Shown here: piece after piece, positions 29,269 through 38,063 of the stretch
Numbering within the stretch: position 1 is the stretch's first letter
Layout of the letters: every line of letters begins with the position of its first letter
Assembly: GCA_035651995.1 (NCBI GenBank)
Contig: DASRER010000008.1
Coordinates: forward strand, 4,065 to 68,064
Reading direction: 5' to 3'
Source: Terriglobales bacterium
GTDB lineage: Bacteria; Acidobacteriota; Terriglobia; Terriglobales; Acidobacteriaceae
DNA: 64,000 nucleotides
Position numbers and translations under genes: made by a program
The notes under the pieces: model-generated
Told to the model about the DNA's origin: nothing
Database searches by the model: none
The model's input: the letters and a program-made list of their open reading frames with translations, nothing else

Positions 29269-30165
29269 TTACCGGCCTGAGCCTCCGGTACCCAGCGTCA
29301 CCGGGCGGCTGAGTTCCATGAAGATTTCCGTGCCGGCGGGAATGTCTTCCGAGTGCTTGCGGGCGAGGAAGCGCACGGCTTCCACGGTTGCGCCCACACC
29401 CGCTCCGATGAGCGTGCCCTTGGCGGTGTGCGCAATCAGCGCGCCAACGATCGCGCCACCGCCCGTGAAGATGCCCAGGTCGCGGATGTCGCGGCCGCTG
29501 TGGCCCACGCCCTTCATGCGGCCCTCTTCATCGACGTCGATGTCGTTGGTGAGGTTGGTATCAACCACGACGGCGTTGATGTTCATGCGCTCGCCGGATG
29601 GCATGATGACCGTTTCCGGCATGATGTTGATGCTGGGCACGCCGCGGAAGCGCCGCGATTCAGAAACGTGCGTCACGCGGCCCTCGACCGATGCGCCGAC
29701 AGGGATAACGGTGCGGCCGCCCAGGGACACTGATTCCATCAGGCGTCCGGAGAACATGTCGCCCTTGCGGCTGCTGGAGGTGGAGAGCGGCGTTTCCAGC
29801 TTCATGCGCAGCGTAGTGCCCACGGGCAACACGCCGTCCATGGAGGCGGCGCTGCCTGCGGTCTTTTCGTTCAGGTCAGCACCCGGCGTTTCCTGCTTCG
29901 CGGGCGCGACCGCAGGAGCGGCCGGCGCCGCCGCGGCCGGCGCCGCCGCGGCCGGGGCGATTGCTGTTGAGGGCGCTGCCGCCGGCGTCGCGGGTTCGGT
30001 GACTGCCCTCACCTGCGGCGAAGAGGCTTCGGTGGTGCGGCCATTCTCCAGCGCGATGCGGCCGGCCGATGGCTTCTGCCTGCTTGTGGTTTGCTGTGCC
30101 GCCACGACGACGGAGGTTGAAACCACCGCCAACAGCGCCAGCACGGCCAATGTCTTGTGCTTCAT
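29269..30165 (-). CDS. secreted hypothetical protein: Ala/Pro-rich linker, beta-rich core, C-terminal glycine-zipper
   Basis: 298 aa. Signal peptide MKHKTLAVLALLAVVSTSVVVAAQ, a low-complexity AAAPAAAAPAAPAVAPA stretch, the core LPVGTTLRMKLETPLSTSSSRKGDMF...IPVGASVEGRV, and GGGAIVGALIAHTAKGTLIGAGVGA. Confidence 0.6.
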   Translation of the reverse strand: MKHKTLAVLALLAVVSTSVVVAAQQTTSRQKPSAGRIALENGRTTEASSPQVRAVTEPATPAAAPSTAIAPAAAAPAAAAPAAPAVAPAKQETPGADLNEKTAGSAASMDGVLPVGTTLRMKLETPLSTSSSRKGDMFSGRLMESVSLGGRTVIPVGASVEGRVTHVSESRRFRGVPSINIMPETVIMPSGERMNINAVVVDTNLTNDIDVDEEGRMKGVGHSGRDIRDLGIFTGGGAIVGALIAHTAKGTLIGAGVGATVEAVRFLARKHSEDIPAGTEIFMELSRPVTLGTGGSGR

Positions 30166-30244
30166 GTTGCCTCCATTCTTGCAGCCTGGTTCCGGTTATG
30201 GCCTGAGCGCGGGCCCGGGCTCCAGCGCTCCGTATTGCGAACAC

Positions 30245-30745
30245 TCATCGCTGCGCCGCAATAGCGTCGAACACCTGATTCAGCGGCGCGCGGTCGGTTT
30301 GCGTGCTGCCCACGTAAATCCAGCGAATGGTCCCGTCCTGTCGCACCACGAACGTCGCCGGGCGCGCGATGTTGAACGCGTCGTGCCCGAGGCGGTGGTA
30401 AACGCCGTAAGCCTTCGTCACCGTGCGGTCCTCGTCGAGCAGGAAGGGGAATGGCACCGGGTCCTTCTGCAAAAACTGCTCCGGCCTGAACATGCCGCCC
30501 CGTTTTTCCGCCGCGATGAACGCGAACCCCGCGCCCAGGTCGCGAATTTTCTGCGCCGCTTCCGGCCCGAACTGGGCCATGCGCTTGACGCAGTTCGGTC
30601 ACCATGTGCCGCGCAGAAACTCCAGCACCGCCGGCCCGTCGCGCAACAGGTCGGCCATCGCCACCAGGCCCTCGCGATTCGCCGCCGGAAGCGTGAACGC
30701 CGGCGCGTGGTCGCCGACTTTCAAAGTTTCCGAAGCACGCGCCAC
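30245..30745 (-). CDS. peroxiredoxin-like (AhpC/TSA-redoxin) thiol oxidoreductase, probable selenoprotein with TGA(Sec) at 30601..30599 (U-P-N-C motif)
   Basis: ORFs 30599..30883 and 30245..30580 share one frame and are separated only by a TGA. Read through, the junction is LKVGDHAPAFTL...LEFLRGTW-[TGA]-PNCVKRMAQF...PFPFLLDEDRTVTKAYGV...ARPATFVVRQDGTIRWIYVG. The start is uncertain: GTG 30745, or TTG 30724 giving MKVGDHAP. Confidence 0.65.
30567..30598 (-). promoter_or_regulatory. SECIS-like hairpin immediately 3' of the in-frame UGA
   Basis: Minus strand: UGA CCGAACUG [C GUC AAGCGCAU GGC C] CAGUUCGG. There is a perfect 8-bp stem, then a C/C mismatch, then 3 further pairs (G-C, U-G, C-G) closing an 8-nt apical loop. 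Confidence 0.5.
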
Positions 30746-30807
30746 TGTCGCGACTCTAGAACAGGCACGAGGGCGGAACAACGACGGAAACGCGCGGGAA
30801 CCAAGGT

Positions 30808-30849
30808 GGTTAGTGCAGGAAGCAGTTCTCGGTTGCCGGTCGTCAGTTG
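30808..30849. repeat. about 42-nt dispersed element (copy 1) 60-105 nt upstream of the minus-strand redoxin gene
   Basis: GGTTAGTGCAGGAAGCAGTTCTCGGTTGCCGGTCGTCAGTTG compared with 50663-50705 GGTTAGCAGAGCAGGACAGTTCTCAGTTGCCGGTTGTCACTTG. The core matches at 24 of 27 positions. It has an internal heptamer periodicity (CAGTTCT CGGTTGC CGGTCGT CAGTTGC). Confidence 0.55.
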
Positions 30850-30902
30850 CCAGCTCGCACCTGGAGAAACTGGCAAGAAGCAACCTACAACTGGCGACTC
30901 GG

Positions 30903-32287
<1,385 letters not shown>

Positions 32288-32393
32288 GAATCTGTTATTT
32301 CCTTGGCCATTTGTTATTGACCATCGCCTGCTGCTCGCGGGTGCGACCATCAGCGCAAAACAGCAAACAACACATCACAAATAGCCAATCGTT

Positions 32394-33524
32394 CTATCCC
32401 GGCTGCTGCTGGGTCATGCAGTGCAGCGTACCCAATCCCCACACCAGGTCGCCGCAGTGGATGCCCACGACGTCGCGGTCCGGGAAGAGTTCGGCGAGCG
32501 TGTTCAGCGCCACGCGATCGTTGCGATCATTGAAGGTTGGAACCAGCACAAGGCGATTGGCGATGTAGAAGTTCGCGTAGCTGGCGGGCAGGCGCCGGCC
32601 GCGATGGATGATGGGCCGCGGCATGGGCAGCTCGACGACGCGGAGCTGGCGTCCGGTTTCGGTGGCCGCTTCGCGGAGGCGGCGAAGATTGTCGGCCAGC
32701 GGCTCGTAGTTGGCGTCGGCCGGATCGGGCTCGGAGGCGCACACGACGACATCCGGCGCGACGAAGCGGGCAACGTCGTCCACGTGGCCGTGGGTGTCGT
32801 CGCCGACGATTCCGCTTCCCAGCCAGATGGTGTTGGTCACGCCCAGATATTCCGCGAAGGCGCGCTCCAGGTCTTCGCGGGTGGCGCCGGGATTGCGCTG
32901 CTGGACATCGGAGAGGAGGCACTCCTCGGTCGTCAGCATCGAACCGAAGCCGTTCACGTCGATGCTGCCGCCTTCCAGGACCATGTGGGCGCCGTCTTCG
33001 CCGATGCGGGGAGAAAATTCGGGGACCTTCAAATGCCTGGCGGCACGCCCGGGGATGGCGTTGTCGAGCTTCCAGTCGTTGTACTTGGCCCAGGCGTTGA
33101 AGCGGAAGTTGACCACGGCGACCGGCGCGGCGCCGTCCTTCTTCTTCCGGCGCGCGCTGCCACGCGCTCTTGGTCCGTCGTTGCGGACGAAGATGGGGCC
33201 GGAATCGCGCGTCCAGCCGCGGTTGGTGGGCCAGCGCAGGAACTCGACCGTCTCGCGCAGGGCGTTGGCGCGCTGGAGGACCTCGCGCGCGTGGTCTTCT
33301 GCGGCCTGGCTGTTCACCAGGATGCGCACGCGCTCGACCTGCGCGAGGTGGTAAACAATGTCGGCATACACCCACGGAATGGGCTGGAACTTGCCCGGCC
33401 AGTCGGTCTGGTTGTGCGGCCAGCCGAGCCAGGTGCCCTCGTGCGGCTCCCACTCGGCGGGCATGCGGTAGCCGAGGGATTGGGGCGTCCTGTTTTGTTT
33501 GCGCTTCATCCTGGATTGCTGCAT
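32394..33524 (-). CDS. aguA: agmatine deiminase
   Basis: 376 aa. YRMPAEWEPHEGTWLGWPH, GGSIDVNGFGSMLTTEECLL and the C-terminal catalytic GTLHCMTQQQP. Confidence 0.9.
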   Translation of the reverse strand: MQQSRMKRKQNRTPQSLGYRMPAEWEPHEGTWLGWPHNQTDWPGKFQPIPWVYADIVYHLAQVERVRILVNSQAAEDHAREVLQRANALRETVEFLRWPTNRGWTRDSGPIFVRNDGPRARGSARRKKKDGAAPVAVVNFRFNAWAKYNDWKLDNAIPGRAARHLKVPEFSPRIGEDGAHMVLEGGSIDVNGFGSMLTTEECLLSDVQQRNPGATREDLERAFAEYLGVTNTIWLGSGIVGDDTHGHVDDVARFVAPDVVVCASEPDPADANYEPLADNLRRLREAATETGRQLRVVELPMPRPIIHRGRRLPASYANFYIANRLVLVPTFNDRNDRVALNTLAELFPDRDVVGIHCGDLVWGLGTLHCMTQQQPG

Positions 33525-33574
33525 TGCCGAATTGCCGAACTGCGGAATTGAATTTCAATTCGGCAATTCGGCAG
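33523..33574. repeat. tandem octamer 'TGCCGAA' word element, copy 2, forming a 15-nt-arm inverted repeat between aguB and aguA
   Basis: TGCCGAATTGCCGAA (33525-33539) is the exact reverse complement of TTCGGCAATTCGGCA (33559-33573). There is an inner AATTGAA/TTCAATT palindrome. Confidence 0.65.
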
Positions 33575-33575
33575 T

Positions 33576-34472
33576 CTAGTCGATCAGCCGCTGCGTGATG
33601 CCGCCGTAGCTGTCAATACGGCGGTCGCGCAGGAAGGGCCAGTTGCGGCGCACGTCTTCCAGCTTGCGCGCATCCACTTCGGCGACCAGCACTTCTTCGC
33701 GGTCGTGTCCCGCTTCGGCGACGACGACCCCGAAGGGGTCGCAGATAAACGAGCCGCCCCAGAATTCCAGCCCGTCGCCGGGGGCGCGGTTGCCGCGGAC
33801 GCTGCCCGTCTCGTGGCCCACGCGGTTCACTCCGCCAACGTAGACGCCGTTGGCGATGGCGTGGGCGCGCTGGATGGTGCGCCACGCATCGTGCTGCTGC
33901 TTGCCGAATTCCTTCTTCTCCGAGGGGTGCCAGCCGATCGCCGTGGGATAGAAGAGGACCTGGGCGCCTTGCAGCGCCGTGAGCCGCGCGCCCTCCGGAT
34001 ACCACTGGTCCCAGCAAACGAGCGCGCCGATCTTGCCGAAGTCGGTGTCGAAGGCCTTGAAACCGAGATCGCCGGGCGTGAAGTAGAACTTTTCGTAGTA
34101 GAGCGGGTCGTCGGGGATGTGCATCTTGCGATACAACCCGCGCACGGTCCCGTCGGCGCCGAGCACCACCGCCGTGTTGTGATATACGCCGGCGGCGCGT
34201 TTCTCGAAGACCGACGCGATCACGACGATCTTCGCCTTGCGCGCCACATCGGCCAGCGCCAGCGTGGTCGGGCCGGGGACAGGCTCCGCCAGGTCGAACA
34301 GGCCGGCGTCTTGGCGCTGGCAGAAGTACTGCGTGCGGAAGAGCTCGGGCAGGCAAACGACGTTGGCGCCCCTGGCGGCGGCGTCGCGCGTCATTTCAAC
34401 AGCGTGCGCCAGGTTCTGGTCGGGATCGGGGCCGCAGCGCATCTGCACCAGCCCGATGCGATACAGGTCAGG
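33576..34472 (-). CDS. aguB: N-carbamoylputrescine amidase (nitrilase superfamily)
   Basis: The ORF opens at 34613. The likely start is TTG 34472, 8 nt after AAGGAG. YRIGLVQM, CLPELF, and CWDQWYPEGARLTALQGAQVLFYPTAIGW (catalytic Cys context). Confidence 0.85.
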   Translation of the reverse strand, partial: PDLYRIGLVQMRCGPDPDQNLAHAVEMTRDAAARGANVVCLPELFRTQYFCQRQDAGLFDLAEPVPGPTTLALADVARKAKIVVIASVFEKRAAGVYHNTAVVLGADGTVRGLYRKMHIPDDPLYYEKFYFTPGDLGFKAFDTDFGKIGALVCWDQWYPEGARLTALQGAQVLFYPTAIGWHPSEKKEFGKQQHDAWRTIQRAHAIANGVYVGGVNRVGHETGSVRGNRAPGDGLEFWGGSFICDPFGVVVAEAGHDREEVLVAEVDARKLEDVRRNWPFLRDRRIDSYGGITQRLID

Positions 34473-34641
34473 CAAAATCGCGTCTCCTTGGCGCAACCGA
34501 CTAGCATAGCAAACGAGCACCGAGTCCTGAGTGGCAAGTGCTGAGTGGCGCGAATTGCGCCTTTGTTTTATTGACGCCGTGTGAAATTTTCTTGTAGTTT
34601 TGCACTTCGTCACGGAAGAAATTCTTTGCGAGGGTTCGACC

Positions 34642-35838
34642 TTGAAGGACCATCACGAGGGTGAGCATCACGAGGGCGCGGGCATCGAGCGCAAGCTGCA
34701 CGACCCTGTCGCCGACAAGCTGGTCCCGCTCGATCCGCTGGACCTTTCGCAGGTCCGCTCGATCGACGACCTGGTGCGCGCCATGGGACGCACCGCCTTT
34801 ACCGGGCGCCAGCTCGGCGAGGCCGCCGACGTGCTCGAGGCGATGGCGCGCGACAAGCAGTGCTTCGTGGTGATGACGCTGGCGGGCGCGATGACGGTGG
34901 CCAAGCAGGGCCTGGTGATCGCCGACCTGATCGACTACGGCGTGGTGAAGGCCATCGTCTCCACCGGCGCGCTGATGGCGCACGGCCTGGTGGAGGCCAC
35001 CGGCAAGTCCCACTTCCGCTACGACGCCAAGCTGAACGACGTTGAGCTGTATGAAGCCGGCTACAACCGCGTGTACGACACGCTGGAGCCGGAGACGAAC
35101 CTGGACCACGTCGAAGCGGTGGTCGGTGAGATCCTGGAGAACTGGGACCCGAAAGAGACGCTGTGCTCGTGGCAGTTGAACCGGGCCATCGGCGAGCACC
35201 TGCACAAGCACTCGCCCGGCCGCGGCATCCTGAAGTCGGCCTACGAAAAAGGCGTGCCGGTGTTCGTGCCGGCGTTCACCGACTCCGAACTGGGGCTCGA
35301 CGTGGCGCTCACCAACCGCATGCGCAAGCGCAACGGCAAGCCGCCGCTCAAGTACGATCCCTTCCTCGATTTGGAGCACTTTGCCGACACCATGCTGAAG
35401 CCCAAGCGCATCGGCATCTTCACCATCGGCGGCGGCGTGCCGCGCAACTGGGCGCAGCAGTTCGGGCCGTACATTGAATTGCGCTGGCGCCGCGGCGGCG
35501 AGCCGATGCCGCTCAAGCGCTATCACTATGGGTTGCGCATCTGTCCTGAGCCGGTGTATTGGGGCGGTCTGTCGGGCTCGCCTTACAGCGAAGCCATCTC
35601 GTGGGGCAAGTTCGTTCCGCCCGCGGAAGGCGGACGCTTCGGCGAAGTTTTCGTGGACGCGACGGTGGGATTGCCGCTGATTGTCGCCGCGGTATTCGAG
35701 CGGCTGGGCCTTGGGGCGGGGGCGGCTGAGAAGAAAAATGCCGGCCCGGCGAAGGCGGGTACTCACTCGCCGCAGCTATCCGCGGCGTCGTCGAAGAACG
35801 GCAAGTCGAGGGTCCGAGCGCCGGCCCGGAAGAAATAG
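34642..35838 (+). CDS. deoxyhypusine synthase-like protein (candidate homospermidine synthase)
   Basis: The ORF opens at 34600. TTG 34642 follows a GAGGG. TLAGAMTVAKQGLVIADLIDYGVVKAIVSTGALMAHGLVE, FVPAFTDSELG and GGGVPRNW are DHS-family features. Confidence 0.8.
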   Translation: MKDHHEGEHHEGAGIERKLHDPVADKLVPLDPLDLSQVRSIDDLVRAMGRTAFTGRQLGEAADVLEAMARDKQCFVVMTLAGAMTVAKQGLVIADLIDYGVVKAIVSTGALMAHGLVEATGKSHFRYDAKLNDVELYEAGYNRVYDTLEPETNLDHVEAVVGEILENWDPKETLCSWQLNRAIGEHLHKHSPGRGILKSAYEKGVPVFVPAFTDSELGLDVALTNRMRKRNGKPPLKYDPFLDLEHFADTMLKPKRIGIFTIGGGVPRNWAQQFGPYIELRWRRGGEPMPLKRYHYGLRICPEPVYWGGLSGSPYSEAISWGKFVPPAEGGRFGEVFVDATVGLPLIVAAVFERLGLGAGAAEKKNAGPAKAGTHSPQLSAASSKNGKSRVRAPARKK

Positions 35839-35847
35839 GCAGCGGTC

Positions 35848-36405
35848 CTACTCGAAGATCAGGATTGCCGACGCGATCACGGTCGTCCACAGGCCGCGCT
35901 TATCGCCCACCGCCGACTGCGTCATGTTCATGGTGCGGACGATCTTGTTCGACAGGCGATAGATCTGCTTCTTCTCGTCCCAGCTCTTTTCCGAGTCGAA
36001 CTCCACATTCAGCGTAGTGGCGAGCATCTCGGCGGCTAGTTCCTCGGCGTAGTCGCCGGCCGCGTCTTCGGTTTCGCCAAAGCTGTGGTGCTCGCTCAGG
36101 TAGCCGTAGGTGGTGCGGTCGGCGGGAATCGCCAGGCCGATGCTGGAAGCCATCAGGCGGTGCGGCTCACGGGTGGAGTTTTCCGCGACCACGGCAAACA
36201 CGACTTCGCCGGGCGAGAGGTAGCGCAATCCCAGCGCCCGCGGGATGAGCTTGCAGTTGGGCGGAAAGATGGAAGAGACGCGGACCAGGTTTTGCGCGGC
36301 GATGCCCGCGTCCCGAAGCGCCAGCTCAAACGACGTCAGCCGTTCTTTGTGCTTTCCCACCCCCTTGGTGAGAAAAATGCGCTTGGGGACCATGTCTTTC
36401 GACAA
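35848..36405 (-). CDS. pdaD: pyruvoyl-dependent arginine decarboxylase
   Basis: 185 aa. [43 protein letters not shown] contains the Ser-Ser self-cleavage site of PvlArgDC. Confidence 0.85.
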   Translation of the reverse strand: MSKDMVPKRIFLTKGVGKHKERLTSFELALRDAGIAAQNLVRVSSIFPPNCKLIPRALGLRYLSPGEVVFAVVAENSTREPHRLMASSIGLAIPADRTTYGYLSEHHSFGETEDAAGDYAEELAAEMLATTLNVEFDSEKSWDEKKQIYRLSNKIVRTMNMTQSAVGDKRGLWTTVIASAILIFE

Positions 36406-36622
36406 TTTTCGAGCCTCCGGCCAGTTAGAAATCCAGGAGAATGGAAGAATTTAGCAACAGCAGGAAATTTGCGCTAGAGAAAACTGAGGTTTTCTCAAAC
36501 GCAACGCCCGGCCGGGAACGGCCAGGGAGAGCGCCCGGGGCCGAGCGGCGAGTACCCGGGTCATGCGGGTTCGCCGACCCACGTCCGCCAGAACGACGGC
36601 AGACCTGGGAGGCCACCGACGG

Positions 36623-36946
36623 CTACTTTGCCGCGGAGACGGACTGCACCTTCACGGTCTTGCCGTTGACGGAGCCGGTGATCTTGGCTCGCTCGCCGGC
36701 AAGCTTATCGATCGCGGCCTGATCGCCGCCGTCGAGGGTATAGACGGTGTCGCCCACCACGAGACCGTACTTGGAGCCTTCTTTCACGCAGGCGCGGACG
36801 CAGTCGGCGGCGCTGCCCGACATCATGTGCCTGGCGCCGCACATTTCGTCGGTGATCACGCCGGTGAGGGTTTGCGGTTTGTCGGCAGCGGTTGCGAACG
36901 AGAAAAGTGCCAGGATTGCGGCTACACAGATGACCGTGCGCTTCAT
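36623..36946 (-). CDS. small secreted Cys-containing hypothetical protein
   Basis: The likely start is ATG 36946, preceded by GAGGAGAGAA. Signal peptide MKRTVICVAAILALFSFATA. The mature part is about 85 aa with 3 Cys. Confidence 0.6.
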   Translation of the reverse strand: MKRTVICVAAILALFSFATAADKPQTLTGVITDEMCGARHMMSGSAADCVRACVKEGSKYGLVVGDTVYTLDGGDQAAIDKLAGERAKITGSVNGKTVKVQSVSAAK

Positions 36947-37028
36947 TTCTCTCCTCTGATTTCCAGACTGACTGCGATTGTAATAGATGGTGAGCACCGG
37001 GCGGAGCTTCACGGTTTTTCCGGAAGAA

Positions 37029-37135
37029 GCACTCAGCATTCAGCAGTCAGCATTCAGCCCCCGCACGGCTTCGGCGAGGGTGTGCACTCCAGAGCGGGAT
37101 GCGCAAGGGCTGAATGCTGAGTGCAGAGTGCTGCG
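37029..37135. repeat. inverted arrays of tandem heptamers (CAGCAnT) flanking a GC-rich core
   Basis: Left array: CAGCATT CAGCAGT CAGCATT CAGCC (37034-37059). On the right, GGCTGAATGCTGAG (37108-37121) is its reverse complement, and GCACTC/GAGTGC extends the pairing. Confidence 0.6.
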
Positions 37136-37150
37136 CGCTGCGGTGAAAGC

Positions 37151-38053
37151 TCACTTTGCGCTGATCGCCGCCGCCGGCTTCAGCTTGACAGCAATATCAA
37201 TGAACGCCAAGGCAGCGCGGCTGAGGGCCTTGTCCTTGCGGAAAACCAGAGCGAGGTCGCGGCGAACCGTGGCGTCGGAGATGCCCAGCGCGACGAGTGC
37301 GCCGGAGCGGACGTCTTCCTGCGCCGAGGAGCGCGCGATGAAGCCCACGCCGACGTCAGCGGCGACGAAGCGCTTGAGCAGTTCGCTCGATTCCAGCTCC
37401 ATGGAGATGTTGATTTTCAGGTTGCGCTCGTGAAACAGGTTTTCGATGGTATCGCGGGTGCGCCCGAGCTTGGGCACCAGGACGGGGAAGCGGGCCACGT
37501 CGGCGATGCTGACGGCCTTCATCTCCGCCATCGCATGCGAGGGCGGCACGATGACAACCAGCTCGTCTCGATGGATGGGGACGACGGTCAGCCGGTTGTC
37601 GGGCACCGGCAGCACGGCAACGCCGAAGTCCACCGTGTTGTCGATGACGGATTCGAGGATCTTGGGGTGTTCCAGCCGCAGGATGCTCACCCCGACCTTC
37701 GGGTACTGCTTCTTGAACTCGGCGAAGACCTCGGGAAGCACGTGCAGGCAGGTTCCCTCGTTGGCGCCGACCAGCAATTCGCCGCGCGGCACGCGCTCCA
37801 TTTCGGCGACGGCGGTGAGCGCGACGCGGCGGGCCTCCAGGGCGTCTTCGGCGTATTTGAAGAAGCTCTTGCCGGCGGCGGTGAGGGAAACCTTGCCGCC
37901 GGTGCGGTCCAGGAGCTTGGCGCCGACCTCTTCTTCCAGCGCGCGAATCTGCGACGAGATGGCCGGCTGCGTGCGAAAGCGCTTCTCCGCCGCGCGTGAG
38001 AACGAACTCAGGCGGGCCACGTCGAGAAAGGTTTCCAGCTGGTCAAAGTCCAT
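37151..38053 (-). CDS. LysR-family transcriptional regulator
   Basis: 300 aa. MDFDQLETFLDVARLSSFSRAAEKRFRTQPAISSQIRALEEEVG is a canonical LysR HTH, followed by a substrate-binding domain. Confidence 0.9.
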   Translation of the reverse strand: MDFDQLETFLDVARLSSFSRAAEKRFRTQPAISSQIRALEEEVGAKLLDRTGGKVSLTAAGKSFFKYAEDALEARRVALTAVAEMERVPRGELLVGANEGTCLHVLPEVFAEFKKQYPKVGVSILRLEHPKILESVIDNTVDFGVAVLPVPDNRLTVVPIHRDELVVIVPPSHAMAEMKAVSIADVARFPVLVPKLGRTRDTIENLFHERNLKINISMELESSELLKRFVAADVGVGFIARSSAQEDVRSGALVALGISDATVRRDLALVFRKDKALSRAALAFIDIAVKLKPAAAISAK

Positions 38054-38063
38054 GCGTTGCGGC

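Noticed and set aside
30245-30883. Reading the redoxin locus as two separate small genes or as a nonsense-mutated pseudogene
   Set aside because: This reading is not excluded, but it is less parsimonious. The stop replaces exactly the catalytic Cys, the frame is otherwise intact on both sides, and a perfect hairpin starts right after the TGA. I kept it as a finding with explicit refutation criteria.
32421-33558. Two alternative about 1.1-kb ORFs (32421..33551 plus strand, 32527..33558 minus strand) overlapping aguA
   Set aside because: Only the 32394..33524 minus-strand frame gives agmatine deiminase motifs (PAEWEPHEGTW, GTLHCMTQQQP). The others are compositional artefacts.
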